A stretch of DNA of 58,581 nt from an uncultured Gemmatimonadota bacterium (GCA_964655785.1 CAZZNP010000003.1:30486-89066), one strand, 5' to 3'. Positions 1 to 9,270 are shown, numbered from the stretch's first letter. Notes: generated by a model not told the origin, from the sequence alone. Program-made: numbers and translations.

Positions 1-40
1 ACGTCGAGAAGGTGCTGGACGAGGTGTCCGGCTGAGGCCC

Positions 41-78
41 GCGGTCCCTGGCGGTCCCTGGCGGTCCTGGCGGTCCGG
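41..78. repeat. tandem repeat, 10/10/9/9 bp x4
   Basis: gcggtccctg gcggtccctg gcggtcctg gcggtccgg, lying 6 nt after a TGA that closes a partial ORF at the left edge. Confidence 0.9.
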
Positions 79-85
79 TAAAGGC

Positions 86-201
86 GCAGGCGGCCGATGG
101 CGCCGCTTCATGCGCCCCGGACGCTGCAGCATGTACCCCGGACGCAGGCGGCCGATGGCGCTGCTTCATGTGCCCCGGACGCTACAGCATGTACCGCTTC
201 A
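86..201. repeat. tandem duplication, 58 bp x2
   Basis: Copies 86-143 and 144-201 match over ~52 nt with 3 mismatches. Copy 2 contains the last 6 codons plus the TAG (182-184, minus strand) of the isomerase gene. Confidence 0.85.
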
Positions 202-1048
202 GGTGGGCCCGCGCCCGGACAAAACCCTCTTCCTCGAGTTCCCAGGTGCCATAATAACGCCCGTCCTCGTGCTCGATGCTCAGAATGCCGTCGTATCCGA
301 AATCTTCGAGCCGTTTCATGATGCGCGCCCAGTCGGCGAGGCCCTCGCCGGGAATGCAGTACCGCCAGTAGCCTTCGCCGAAGGCGATCCGGGACTCGAA
401 GGAGGGTTTGATCCTCCCATAGAGATAGAGCGCTTCTTCGTCGAAGACGGTGTCCTTGGCGTGCACGTGGTGGGCCCGGTGTCCGAATTCGTCCAGGAAG
501 CGCATGGGATCCACGCCCAGTCTGATCAGGTGCGAGGGGTCGTAATTGATGCCGAAGGCCGGAGACGGACAGGCCTCGAACATGGCGCGAAGCATCTCGG
601 GGGTGGCTCCGATGCGCTCATGGTGCGTAGATCCCCCGGGCCAGCCCTCGAGGGCGATGGTTGCTCCTCGGGATTCGGCGAAATCCACGATGGCGGGCAT
701 GGTGCGCTTCCACTGCGTAAACGTCTCATCGCGGCCTTGCGCGGGATCCACCGGGGCCGGCGCCACGTAGAACATGTTGGTCACGCCATGATCCACCGCG
801 CGCTGTATGGAATCCCTGGAAGCGCCAAGGGCCTGCTCACGCTGGCCGGAATCATCGCTCAGCAGTTCCGTACCCGCGACCAGGTCCACCTGGCCGATCG
901 CCACGCCGTGTGCTTCGGCGGTCCGGACCATGTCCCCGTCGATCCGGGACACATCGATCGTATCGAACCCCTTTTCGGCCATCCACGCGCATACCGAATC
1001 GAAGGGCATCTCGTTCAATCGGCCCGTAGTGCGGATCCCCACTCTCAT
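182..1048 (-). CDS. sugar phosphate isomerase/epimerase (xylose-isomerase-like TIM-barrel family)
   Basis: 288-aa ATG ORF with family-typical strings GINYDPSHL, HHVHAKD and LSIEHED. The longer overlapping + strand ORF 110..1099 is Arg/Gly/Pro-rich antisense noise. Confidence 0.8.
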   Translation of the reverse strand: MRVGIRTTGRLNEMPFDSVCAWMAEKGFDTIDVSRIDGDMVRTAEAHGVAIGQVDLVAGTELLSDDSGQREQALGASRDSIQRAVDHGVTNMFYVAPAPVDPAQGRDETFTQWKRTMPAIVDFAESRGATIALEGWPGGSTHHERIGATPEMLRAMFEACPSPAFGINYDPSHLIRLGVDPMRFLDEFGHRAHHVHAKDTVFDEEALYLYGRIKPSFESRIAFGEGYWRYCIPGEGLADWARIMKRLEDFGYDGILSIEHEDGRYYGTWELEEEGFVRARAHLKRYML

Positions 1049-1099
1049 CGTGGTACTCCTTCAGGTTTGAGAAAACGTATCAGTTATATGAAAACGTAG

Positions 1100-1127
1100 T
1101 TGACACAACCGCCGGTAAATGTATATG
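1100..1127 (+). promoter_or_regulatory. putative sigma70 promoter of bioY (TTGACA-16-TATATG)
   Basis: -35 ttgaca at 1100-1105 and -10 tatatg at 1122-1127. It is preceded by a direct repeat gaaaacgta at 1071-1079 and 1090-1098. Confidence 0.4.
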
Positions 1128-1211
1128 AACCCGCATGGGGTGGCAAGGCAAAGCAGTCTCACGAAACAGCGCGGGAAACTCGACTCGACCTGAACGAATG
1201 AAAGGTTCATA

Positions 1212-1763
1212 TTGACCAGAAACGTAAAGCTGGCCACGGCCTCGCTGATGGCAGCGCTCACCGCGGTGAGCGCATATATATACCTGCCCATAGGACCCGT
1301 TCCGATCACGATGCAGACCTGCATCGTGCTGATCTCCGGGGCCGTGCTCGGAAGCCGCTGGGGCGCCGGCAGCCAGATCGTCTACGTCTGTCTCGGCCTG
1401 GCGGGCATGCCGGTCTTCGCCGGCGGCATGAGCGGTCCGGGCGTCGTGCTCTCGCCCACCTTCGGATACCTCGCCGGCTTCGTACTGGGCGCGTTTCTGA
1501 CCGGGTGGTATGTGGAGCGGTTCACAAGGCATAGCATATCTCATCTCGCCGCCGGCATGCTGATCGGCCAGGCCGCCATCTTCGTTTGCGGGCTGTTGTA
1601 CCTCTACGCCTACTTCAACTTGTACGCGGGCGTGGAAACCACCTGGCCCGCCACGCTGGCCGCCGGCCTGCTTCCCTTCATTCCTTTAGGACTGGTCAAA
1701 CTCGCCCTCGCGGTTTCCGTGACGCGCGTCCTGGCGAAGTACATCCGGCTTGAAAGCGTCTGA
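1212..1763 (+). CDS. bioY: biotin transporter, ECF S-component BioY
   Basis: 183 aa and very hydrophobic. LPIGPVPITMQTCIVLISGAVLG matches the conserved BioY core (vPiTlQt...G). TTG start, with a sigma70-like promoter 85 nt upstream. Confidence 0.8.
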   Translation: MTRNVKLATASLMAALTAVSAYIYLPIGPVPITMQTCIVLISGAVLGSRWGAGSQIVYVCLGLAGMPVFAGGMSGPGVVLSPTFGYLAGFVLGAFLTGWYVERFTRHSISHLAAGMLIGQAAIFVCGLLYLYAYFNLYAGVETTWPATLAAGLLPFIPLGLVKLALAVSVTRVLAKYIRLESV

Positions 1764-1803
1764 GCCGTCCGTCCGGGTGTACGGGCGCTCCGGCACGTCG
1801 ACT

Positions 1804-1845
1804 CGCCATACCCCGTTATTGACACGCCGTACCCCTTATTGTATA
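1804..1845. repeat. tandem duplication, 21 bp x2
   Basis: cgccataccccgttattgaca / cgccgtaccccttattgtata. Confidence 0.85.
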
Positions 1846-1847
1846 GT
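1819..1847 (+). promoter_or_regulatory. putative sigma70 promoter of the SBP gene (TTGACA-17-TATAGT)
   Basis: -35 at 1819-1824 and -10 at 1842-1847, about 80 nt upstream of ATG 1929. Confidence 0.45.
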
Positions 1848-1928
1848 CCTTAACCCGGTTGGAATGGTGGTTTCAACGCCGACCCCAGAACGAACTACTC
1901 ACGAACAACAAAGACTTCAGGTATCAAC

Positions 1929-3656
1929 ATGACTGATTGGACACGATCGATTCGGGAAGCGTACAGGCGGATCCCGGTTTCTTCCGTGCGGGGGCGCATT
2001 TTCGCCGCTGCGGCATGCCTCTTCGGGTTCACCCTCTGTTTCATGTCGGTGGATGTATCGACCAGCGCCGTCCCCGTGGTGAATTCCATCGGCAAGCCGA
2101 TGCCGCCGGACGCGGCGCCCCTGGACCAGCAGGTGTTCCGATACACGCTGGTCGAGCCGCTGACCTTCGATGTAAGTATCAACATCTACGAAGGCCAGGG
2201 AGCGCTAACGTTGTTCGAACGCCTGGTCATGCTCGACAGGAACCTGGAACTGGTCGGGGCGGCGGCCTCTACGTGGGAACAGTCGGCGGACGGACTGCGC
2301 TGGACGTTCAATCTCCGGCCCGACGGGAAATGGAGCGACGGCCGCAGGGTCACGGCGCACGACTTCGAATACACCTACAAGAGGTTTCTCGATCCGGCCG
2401 TGGCAAGCCCCTACGCCTTCTTCTACTACGAAATCAAGGGCGCCCGTCCTTACAACCAGGGCAGCGTAACCGACCCGTCTACGGTGGGCGTGCGGGCCCT
2501 GGACGATTTCACGCTGGAGATCGAAACGGAGAAACCCTGTCCCTATCTGCCCTTCATCGTCGCGTTCACCGGTTCGGGACCTGTACCCCGTTGGCAGGTG
2601 GAAAAATACGGTGCGCGGTGGAGCGAAGCCGGGAACCTGGTCTCCAACGCAAGCTACACCCTTTCGGAATGGCAAAAGGGCAGGCAGGCCACGCTGACCC
2701 TCAATCCCTACTATACCGGTCCCCACAAGGGGTTTCTCGAGAAGATCGTGCAGATCTTCACCACAGGACATCCGGGTACGCCGCCGTACGAGAACGACGA
2801 GATCGACTATTTGCGAGTTCTGCTGACCGACCTCCCTTTCATCGAGAATCATCCGACCCTGAAATCCGAGCTGGCCTACTACGCCTTCCCGGAAACCTGG
2901 TATCTGTTCTTCAGGACCCGCGAACCACCCTTTGACGATGTCCGGGTTCGGCGCGCGATCAGCCATGCCATCGACCGCGAGGCCCTGTGCAAAGTCGTCC
3001 TGAGAAATACGGGCGTGCCCGCGTACTCGATGCTTCCGCCGAATTTTCCGGGAAGCGCGGACGCGTCCATCCGGCAAGTCCAGGCCTACGATCCGGACCG
3101 CGCCAGGGCCCTGATGGCCGAAGCGGGCTATCCGGAAGGGAAGGGGTTTCCACCTGTAGATTTCTGGATCGGCAAGGCCAATCCCCAGATCAGCTACACG
3201 GCGCAGGCCGTGCAGGCCATGCTCGCCAACACCCTGGGGCTGCGCCTCCAGATTAGAGGTTCGGAGGACAAGGTGTACCGGGACAACATGTACAAGTGGA
3301 ACATCTCCATGGGCCTGGGAGGATTCAACGCGGATTATCCCGATCCCAACAACTTCCTCGGCATGGTATGGCGATCGCAGCCGAGAGGATTCGGGCGGCA
3401 AGACTGGCGCAATGACGAATTCGACCGGCTGATCGACGCGGCGGCGGACGAAATGGACCACGAAAAACGCATGGAAATGTACCGGCAGGCGGAGTGGCTG
3501 CTCGCGGAAGACGCGGGCGGCGCGTTCCTGTATCACAACTTGACGGTTGATCTGCGAAAACCCTACCTGAAAGGGCTCGAAGTGAACAAGTTCGGATATA
3601 CGATGTTCTCGTGGATCGGCGTCATGCACACCAGGATGTATATCGCCCGGCACTGA
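1929..3656 (+). CDS. ABC transporter substrate-binding protein, family 5 (peptide/nickel, OppA/DppA-like)
   Basis: 575 aa with an N-terminal hydrophobic anchor (IFAAAACLFGFTLCFMSV). Typical family-5 strings: FNLRPDGKWSDGRRVTAHDFEYTYKR, LTLNPYYTGP, GGFNADYPDPNNFL. No permease or ATPase gene is adjacent. Confidence 0.8.
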   Translation: MTDWTRSIREAYRRIPVSSVRGRIFAAAACLFGFTLCFMSVDVSTSAVPVVNSIGKPMPPDAAPLDQQVFRYTLVEPLTFDVSINIYEGQGALTLFERLVMLDRNLELVGAAASTWEQSADGLRWTFNLRPDGKWSDGRRVTAHDFEYTYKRFLDPAVASPYAFFYYEIKGARPYNQGSVTDPSTVGVRALDDFTLEIETEKPCPYLPFIVAFTGSGPVPRWQVEKYGARWSEAGNLVSNASYTLSEWQKGRQATLTLNPYYTGPHKGFLEKIVQIFTTGHPGTPPYENDEIDYLRVLLTDLPFIENHPTLKSELAYYAFPETWYLFFRTREPPFDDVRVRRAISHAIDREALCKVVLRNTGVPAYSMLPPNFPGSADASIRQVQAYDPDRARALMAEAGYPEGKGFPPVDFWIGKANPQISYTAQAVQAMLANTLGLRLQIRGSEDKVYRDNMYKWNISMGLGGFNADYPDPNNFLGMVWRSQPRGFGRQDWRNDEFDRLIDAAADEMDHEKRMEMYRQAEWLLAEDAGGAFLYHNLTVDLRKPYLKGLEVNKFGYTMFSWIGVMHTRMYIARH

Positions 3657-3660
3657 GCCT

Positions 3661-3700
3661 GTTGTCCGACGAGGCCGTTGTCCGACGAGCCGTTGTTCGC
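3661..3700. repeat. tandem repeat, 16/15 bp x2.5
   Basis: gttgtccgacgaggcc gttgtccgacgagcc gttgttcgc. It spans the annotated TTG start (3678) of the first PhyH gene. Confidence 0.85.
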
Positions 3701-4568
3701 AAGGAGTGCGCAGGACTTGAACATAGACCAGATCGTAACAGATGAAGTCGTGCGACAATACCGGGAAGATGGCGCGGTGTGCATCCGGGAGGCCTTCGAC
3801 CCGCACTGGGTGTCGGTCGTGGAAGCCGGCGTGTCGCGCAACGTGGCCGAGCCCAGTGCCTATGCCGGTACGTTGAAAGAAGGAGAAACAGACCGGGGCG
3901 GGTTTTTCGACGATTACTGCAACTGGCGGCGGATTCCCGAATTCCGGGATTTCGTGCAACGCTCACCCGCGGGCGCCATGACGGCACGGCTCATGGAATC
4001 AGCTCGGTCGATTTTCTATCACGAACATCTGCTCATTAAGTGGCCAGGCACGCTCAAGCGGACGCCCTGGCACCACGACCAACCCTATTACCCGGTAGAC
4101 GGCCGCCAGAACGTCTCGCTGTGGATGCCGCTGGATCCGGTATCGGAAGCGTCCTGCGTGCGATTCGTCAAAGGCTCGCACAACTGGAACCGCTGGTTCG
4201 TCCCGCGCAAGTTCGCCACCGAAAGCAACTACGCGCTGGAGGACGCATCCGCGAAGCCCATGCTCGGCGACCGTCCCTTCGAGGACGTGCCGCCCATCGA
4301 CGAACACCCGAATGACTACGATATCCTGGCGTGGGACATGAAGCCAGGAGACGTCATCGCCTTCCACATGTGCACGCTCCACGGGGCGGCGGGCAACCAG
4401 TCCCTCACCGAGGCGCGCCGCGTCCTGGCCACGCGCTGGCTCGGTGACGACGCCCGGTTCACGACCAGACCCTGGGAGATCTCACCCACGGTGACCGGAG
4501 GCCTTGCCCCGGGAGATCCCATGGCCTGCGAGCTTTTCCCACTAGTCTGGTCGGCAGGAAAAGAGTGA
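3678..4568 (+). CDS. phytanoyl-CoA dioxygenase (PhyH) family Fe(II)/2-oxoglutarate oxygenase
   Basis: 296-aa ORF with an H-x-D facial-triad segment (TPWHHDQPYYP) and a distal His (CTLHGAAGN). The start is uncertain: TTG 3678 lies inside a tandem repeat, while in-frame TTG 3717 sits 10 nt after AAGGAG (3701-3706). Confidence 0.75.
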   Translation: MSDEPLFARSAQDLNIDQIVTDEVVRQYREDGAVCIREAFDPHWVSVVEAGVSRNVAEPSAYAGTLKEGETDRGGFFDDYCNWRRIPEFRDFVQRSPAGAMTARLMESARSIFYHEHLLIKWPGTLKRTPWHHDQPYYPVDGRQNVSLWMPLDPVSEASCVRFVKGSHNWNRWFVPRKFATESNYALEDASAKPMLGDRPFEDVPPIDEHPNDYDILAWDMKPGDVIAFHMCTLHGAAGNQSLTEARRVLATRWLGDDARFTTRPWEISPTVTGGLAPGDPMACELFPLVWSAGKE

Positions 4569-4572
4569 ATTC

Positions 4573-5406
4573 ATGAACAATCATTTGACGGAACTCCAGA
4601 TCGCCTCATACCGGGAAAACGGTTTCCTCATTATTGACGATTTTCTCGATAGAGACGAACTGGAGACCTGGCGGACAGCGGTGAATGAAGCGGTCGCGCT
4701 TAGGGACCGGAACAGGTTGCCCGAGGGATCCTACCACCTGGACAGGAAGGTAACGGCAGGAGACGAAGCCGTATTCCGACAGCGGATCAACCTGTGGATG
4801 GACCATGACGGTGTCCGTACGTTGATGCTGGACGGCCGGCTGGGCAAAATGGCGGCCGACCTGGAAGGGGTCGACGGCATCCGGATCTGGCACGACCAGG
4901 CCCTGATCAAGCTGCCCTGGGCGAACCCCACTACCTGGCACCAGGACAACACCAAGTGGTCCTTCGCATCAGAGCATTCCATCACCATCTGGGTCGCCCT
5001 GGACGATGTAACCATCCAGAACGGCTGTATGTTTTTCATGCCCGGATCCCACAAAACGAGACGCGACGACTATCCGGCCGCGGGGAACCGACTGGGCGCC
5101 ATGTTCGAAGCATACCCCGATCTCGGAGAGACGGAACCCGTGCCCGTCGTCATGCCGGCGGGCGGATGCTCCTTTCACAACGGCCTGATCGTGCACGCCG
5201 CCAACGCGAATATGACGCCTTATCCGCGACGCGCCTTTACTTGCGCCTACATGCCCGATCACAGCCGATTCAATGGCACACCCAACGTGCTGCCTAAACG
5301 GATTCTGGATTCCATTCATATTGGCGACCCACTGGAAGATGACGACCAGAACCCGCTGATCCACACCAGCAACCCGACACGCAAAAGCCGCTCCGCCCCC
5401 GTGTGA
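4573..5406 (+). CDS. phytanoyl-CoA dioxygenase (PhyH) family Fe(II)/2-oxoglutarate oxygenase
   Basis: 277 aa. The N-terminus LQIASYRENGFLIIDDFL is PhyH-typical, with H-x-D (TTWHQDNTKW) and a distal His (GLIVHAANAN). It starts 5 nt after the previous PhyH gene. Confidence 0.8.
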   Translation: MNNHLTELQIASYRENGFLIIDDFLDRDELETWRTAVNEAVALRDRNRLPEGSYHLDRKVTAGDEAVFRQRINLWMDHDGVRTLMLDGRLGKMAADLEGVDGIRIWHDQALIKLPWANPTTWHQDNTKWSFASEHSITIWVALDDVTIQNGCMFFMPGSHKTRRDDYPAAGNRLGAMFEAYPDLGETEPVPVVMPAGGCSFHNGLIVHAANANMTPYPRRAFTCAYMPDHSRFNGTPNVLPKRILDSIHIGDPLEDDDQNPLIHTSNPTRKSRSAPV

Positions 5407-5418
5407 GGAGGAACATCG

Positions 5419-8127
5419 ATGAACCGGTTTACCGTCCTGCCACTTCTCAGCCTGGTGCTTCTCACCGGGATGATTTCCGGCGTTTCGAAGGCGCAGGACT
5501 TCGAATACTGGCCCGGCACCGAATACGATCCATCGATCCCGACCGCCGAGGAGGTCCTGGGCTACCGGATCGGCGACCGTATCACATCCCACGCCGGCCT
5601 GATGAAATACCTCGACGCGCTTCAAGCCGCGCTACCCGAACAGGTGCACTTGCTCGAATACGCCCGGTCCTGGGAAGGGCGCGAGCTGGTCTACGCCTTC
5701 GTGGGATCTCCGGAACGCATCGGTGCGCTGGCGGCCACCAGCGAGGGCATGAAACGGCTGGCCGACCCGAGAAGAACGCCCCGCGCGAGCGCCGACAGCC
5801 TGATCGCGTCGCTTCCGGTCATCGTCAACCTCAGTTACAGTGTACACGGTAACGAGATTTCTCCAGGTGATGCGGCACTATTCACGGCCTACCACCTGTT
5901 GGCCGCCCGTGACGATCCGGTCGTGGACAGGATCCTCGAAGAGGCGATCGTGATGATCGACCCGGTTCAGAATCCCGATGGGAGGGACCGGTTCGTCCAG
6001 AATTTCGAGATCGCCGAAGGCCTGGAGCCGAACGCCAGTCCGCTGGCAGCCGAGCACAACGAACCCTGGCCCGGGGGACGGACCAACCACTACTTGTTCG
6101 ACCTGAACCGCGACTGGATCTCGTTGAACCATCCCGAGACTTTGGGCAGGGTGAAGGTGCTGCAAGACTACTACCCGCCCGTATTCGTCGACCTGCACGA
6201 AATGGGGTCCAATGCCACCTATTACTTCGCGCCGGAGGCGATACCCTACAATCCGCACCTGGCCAGGGACCAGCGGGAGAGTCTCCAGCTCTTCGGCCGT
6301 AACAACGCGAAGTGGTTCGATCACTACGGGTTCTCCTATTTCACCCGGGAGATTTTCGACGCCTTCTATCCGGGCTACGGCGCGAGCTGGCCGTCCTACT
6401 ATGGCAGCGTGGCCATGACCTACGAGCAGGCATCGGCCAGAGGACTCGTCGTCCGACGGAGTGATGACTCGGTCATGCATTACAGGGACACAGTGCGGCA
6501 TCACTTCGTTGCTTCCATCTCCACCAGCGAAACAGCCGCGATGAACCGGGAAAAACTCCTGGCGGACTTCTACGCCTACCGGCAATCGGCGATAGAGGAG
6601 GGCCTGAGTGAGGAGATCAGATCCTATATCCTGCCGCGGAGGCCGGACGGCAATACCTCCGGGGTGGACAAGCTTGCCTGGCTCATGGCCTGTCACGGCG
6701 TGGAGATCCAGCAGGCCGGCGCGGAATTCCGGGTGGCCGGGAAGACCTATCCCGCGGGCAGTTACGTCATATCTCTCGCCCAACCCGCCAAGCGCCTCAT
6801 TCGCACGCTCATGGACACGCACGTACCCATGAGCGAGGACTTTATCGAGGAACAGGAACGCCGCAGAAGCAAGGGCATGAGCGACCAGATCTACGATGTG
6901 ACCGCCTGGTCCTTTCCACTGATGTACAACGTGGAAACCGTGGCCGTGGACCGACCGGTCGAGGCGAACCTCAGCCTGATCGATCCCCTCATGATTCCCC
7001 CTGGGTCGATCGAAGGGGGCCGGGCGGAAGTAGCCTACCTGGTTCCCTGGGGCACCCAGGCCGCGGGGCGGCTGCTGGCCGCTTCGCTCCGGGCGGGGCT
7101 CCGCGTATTCAGTTCCGACCTGGCCTTCGTCCAGGGAGACCAGCGCTATCCGTCCGGCACGCTGATCTACAAGGTCAAGGACAACCCGGACCGGCTGCAT
7201 GAAACGATGGAGGAAATCGCCGCTTCGTCGGGCGCGGAGGTCATAGCGACCGACACCGGATGGATAGATGAGGGTCCCAATTTCGGCAGCAACAACGTGG
7301 TGTATCTACGCAAACCCCGTATCGCCCTCGCTTGGGACCGCCCCACCCGGTCCTACAACGCCGGCGCCACCCGTTTCATCGTTGAACGCCAGATCGGGTA
7401 TCCTGTAACGGCCATCCGCACGCGACAACTGGCCACCGCCGACCTGAGAGACTTCGACGTGCTCCTGCTGCCGGATCCCGGGTTCGGCGCGTCCTACAGC
7501 GGCGTACTCGGAGAGCGGGGGACCCGGCGTATCAACGAATGGGTACGCGCGGGAGGCACGGTGGTCGGACTGGGCAGCGGCGCTACGGCTTACCTGGCCA
7601 GTGAGCTTACGGGCCTGCTTTCGACGACCAGGGAGGACGAAGCCACAGGCGACGGCGAAGAAGACGCCGATTCCGGGGACGGGAGTGCTTCCGGCATCAT
7701 CTACAGCACGGAAGAAGAATATCTGCGGGCACTAAAGTCCGACGATTCCGCGCCACCGGCCACGCAGGGCGTACTCCTCAAGGCCCGACTCGATCCCGAT
7801 CACTGGCTGGCGGCCGGACGGGACAGCACGGTGAACGCCCTGGTCAGCGGCAGCTCGATCTTTACCCCGCTCAAACTGGACGCGGGTAGTAACGTGGCGG
7901 TCTTTCTGGGACCCGACGAAGTACTCGCCAGCGGTTTCGCCTGGGAAGGCAGCACGAAACAACTGGCTTACAAACCCCTGCTCATGGAGGAACGGCACGG
8001 CCGAGGCATAGCCATCGGATTCACGGCCGACCCGAACTTCAGGGCCTATATGGACGGCCTGAACATCCTTTTCATCAACGCCCTGTTCCGGGCACCGGCA
8101 CATGCTGGTCCGGCTGTGACCGAATAA
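5419..8127 (+). CDS. secreted M14-family zinc carboxypeptidase with C-terminal class-I glutamine-amidotransferase-like domain
   Basis: 902 aa with a signal peptide (LLSLVLLTGMISGVSKAQ). Zn ligands are SVHGNEISPG (HxxE) and VDLHEMGS. The C-terminal DVLLLPDPGFG...AGGTVVGLGSGA resembles a GATase1/DJ-1 fold. Confidence 0.8.
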   Translation: MNRFTVLPLLSLVLLTGMISGVSKAQDFEYWPGTEYDPSIPTAEEVLGYRIGDRITSHAGLMKYLDALQAALPEQVHLLEYARSWEGRELVYAFVGSPERIGALAATSEGMKRLADPRRTPRASADSLIASLPVIVNLSYSVHGNEISPGDAALFTAYHLLAARDDPVVDRILEEAIVMIDPVQNPDGRDRFVQNFEIAEGLEPNASPLAAEHNEPWPGGRTNHYLFDLNRDWISLNHPETLGRVKVLQDYYPPVFVDLHEMGSNATYYFAPEAIPYNPHLARDQRESLQLFGRNNAKWFDHYGFSYFTREIFDAFYPGYGASWPSYYGSVAMTYEQASARGLVVRRSDDSVMHYRDTVRHHFVASISTSETAAMNREKLLADFYAYRQSAIEEGLSEEIRSYILPRRPDGNTSGVDKLAWLMACHGVEIQQAGAEFRVAGKTYPAGSYVISLAQPAKRLIRTLMDTHVPMSEDFIEEQERRRSKGMSDQIYDVTAWSFPLMYNVETVAVDRPVEANLSLIDPLMIPPGSIEGGRAEVAYLVPWGTQAAGRLLAASLRAGLRVFSSDLAFVQGDQRYPSGTLIYKVKDNPDRLHETMEEIAASSGAEVIATDTGWIDEGPNFGSNNVVYLRKPRIALAWDRPTRSYNAGATRFIVERQIGYPVTAIRTRQLATADLRDFDVLLLPDPGFGASYSGVLGERGTRRINEWVRAGGTVVGLGSGATAYLASELTGLLSTTREDEATGDGEEDADSGDGSASGIIYSTEEEYLRALKSDDSAPPATQGVLLKARLDPDHWLAAGRDSTVNALVSGSSIFTPLKLDAGSNVAVFLGPDEVLASGFAWEGSTKQLAYKPLLMEERHGRGIAIGFTADPNFRAYMDGLNILFINALFRAPAHAGPAVTE

Positions 8128-8262
8128 CGCGGCCCGGCCGAACGAAACATGAACCGCATGGACGGGCCGGGCTATACGTTCGTTTCAGATGCGCAGTCCG
8201 GCGGCGGTATGCGCTGGTCCCTGCGCCCGGCATGCGACATATGACAGAAAGGCGGTACGTAA

Positions 8263-9270
8263 ATGGCCACCATTCCCATGCGCAATACTCCGCCGGATCA
8301 TGGTATAAGGGTGCCGTACGGAGTCCATAAGGACTTCATCACGCAACTCTTCGTAGCGGCCGGCATGAACCCTGATGAAGCCGGGCTGATGGGCTGGATC
8401 CTCGCCACGGCCGACAAGCGTTGTGTGTACAGTCACGGCTCGCAGCAGGCACTGGGGTACCTGCCGAAGCTCCGCGGCGGCAAGGTGAACCCGCGCCCCG
8501 AGGTTACCGTGGTTCGCGAATCGGAGACCGTCGTGGTCCTGGACGGGGACGGCGGCATGGGGTACGGTCCGTCCCATCGGGGTATGGAGACCGCCATCGA
8601 AAAAGCGCTCATCCACGGCCTGGGAGCGGCCACTACTCGAAACCACAATCACTTCGGCGCCGCCGGGAACTACTCCCGCATGGCCCTCGAACACGGGTGC
8701 GTGGGATGGGCGCTGTCCACCCACCGCATCGCCCTGGATCCGAATAACGTGATCATGTCCGCAAGCGGCGGATCTCCCATGAGCCTGGCTTTCCCGACAC
8801 GGAACCAGCCTCCCCTGGTACTCGACATGGCCGCGGTCTTCATGAGGTACAAAGACGAACTTTTCCAGGAATACTATGCCCTGTTCGCCAAGAGCCTGGG
8901 TCTTGCGGTCGCCCTGCAGGCGCTCGGTGGCATCCTGGCCGGCATCTGGAGACCGGAATTCCAGCCGCCGCAAACAGAACGGGAATCCAACCAGGGCGCG
9001 TTTCTGCTGGCCATGAAGATCGATCACTTCATGGACCTGGACGAGTTCGAGCGGTCGCTGGACGATTTCGTATCACAGGCGAGGGCAATGAGGCCATTCC
9101 CGGGCATGCCTCATGCGGAACTGCCTGGCGGCATGGAGTGGCGGTGGGAAAAGGAAAACGAGGAGAAAGGGGTGCCGTTAAGCGACGAACACCGCGCGAA
9201 GCTGGAGGAAATCGCGGAATCGTTTAACGTAAAACCGCCCTACGGTGCTTACGAATCCACGCGATATTGA
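8263..9270 (+). CDS. Ldh_2 family oxidoreductase (malate/L-lactate/ureidoglycolate dehydrogenase-type)
   Basis: 335 aa with SHGSQQALGYLPKLRGGKVNPRP, DGDGGMGY and TRNHNHFGAAGNY, all typical of the Ldh_2 family. Its stop codon lies inside tandem repeat 9251-9410. Confidence 0.8.
   Translation: MATIPMRNTPPDHGIRVPYGVHKDFITQLFVAAGMNPDEAGLMGWILATADKRCVYSHGSQQALGYLPKLRGGKVNPRPEVTVVRESETVVVLDGDGGMGYGPSHRGMETAIEKALIHGLGAATTRNHNHFGAAGNYSRMALEHGCVGWALSTHRIALDPNNVIMSASGGSPMSLAFPTRNQPPLVLDMAAVFMRYKDELFQEYYALFAKSLGLAVALQALGGILAGIWRPEFQPPQTERESNQGAFLLAMKIDHFMDLDEFERSLDDFVSQARAMRPFPGMPHAELPGGMEWRWEKENEEKGVPLSDEHRAKLEEIAESFNVKPPYGAYESTRY

Noticed and set aside
1-35. The 3' end of a + strand gene (…VEKVLDEVSG-TGA) at the left edge
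   Set aside because: Only 10 codons are visible, which is too little to support a call.
2205-3959. Very long antisense or alternative-frame ORFs (for example 2205..3959, 5878..7200, 23789..25195, 27648..29093, 29783..31444, 46448..47614, 49621..51534, 51510..52706, 55556..57124, 110..1099)
   Set aside because: They are Arg/Gly/Pro/His-rich with no recognisable motifs. Each lies opposite a gene with clear family signatures. They are typical stop-poor shadow frames of high-GC DNA.
8128-8262. Possible terminator or structured element after the M14 peptidase gene (gcccggcc ... ggccgggc)
   Set aside because: The stem is only 8 bp with a ~28-nt loop and no U-tract, so the support is not convincing.
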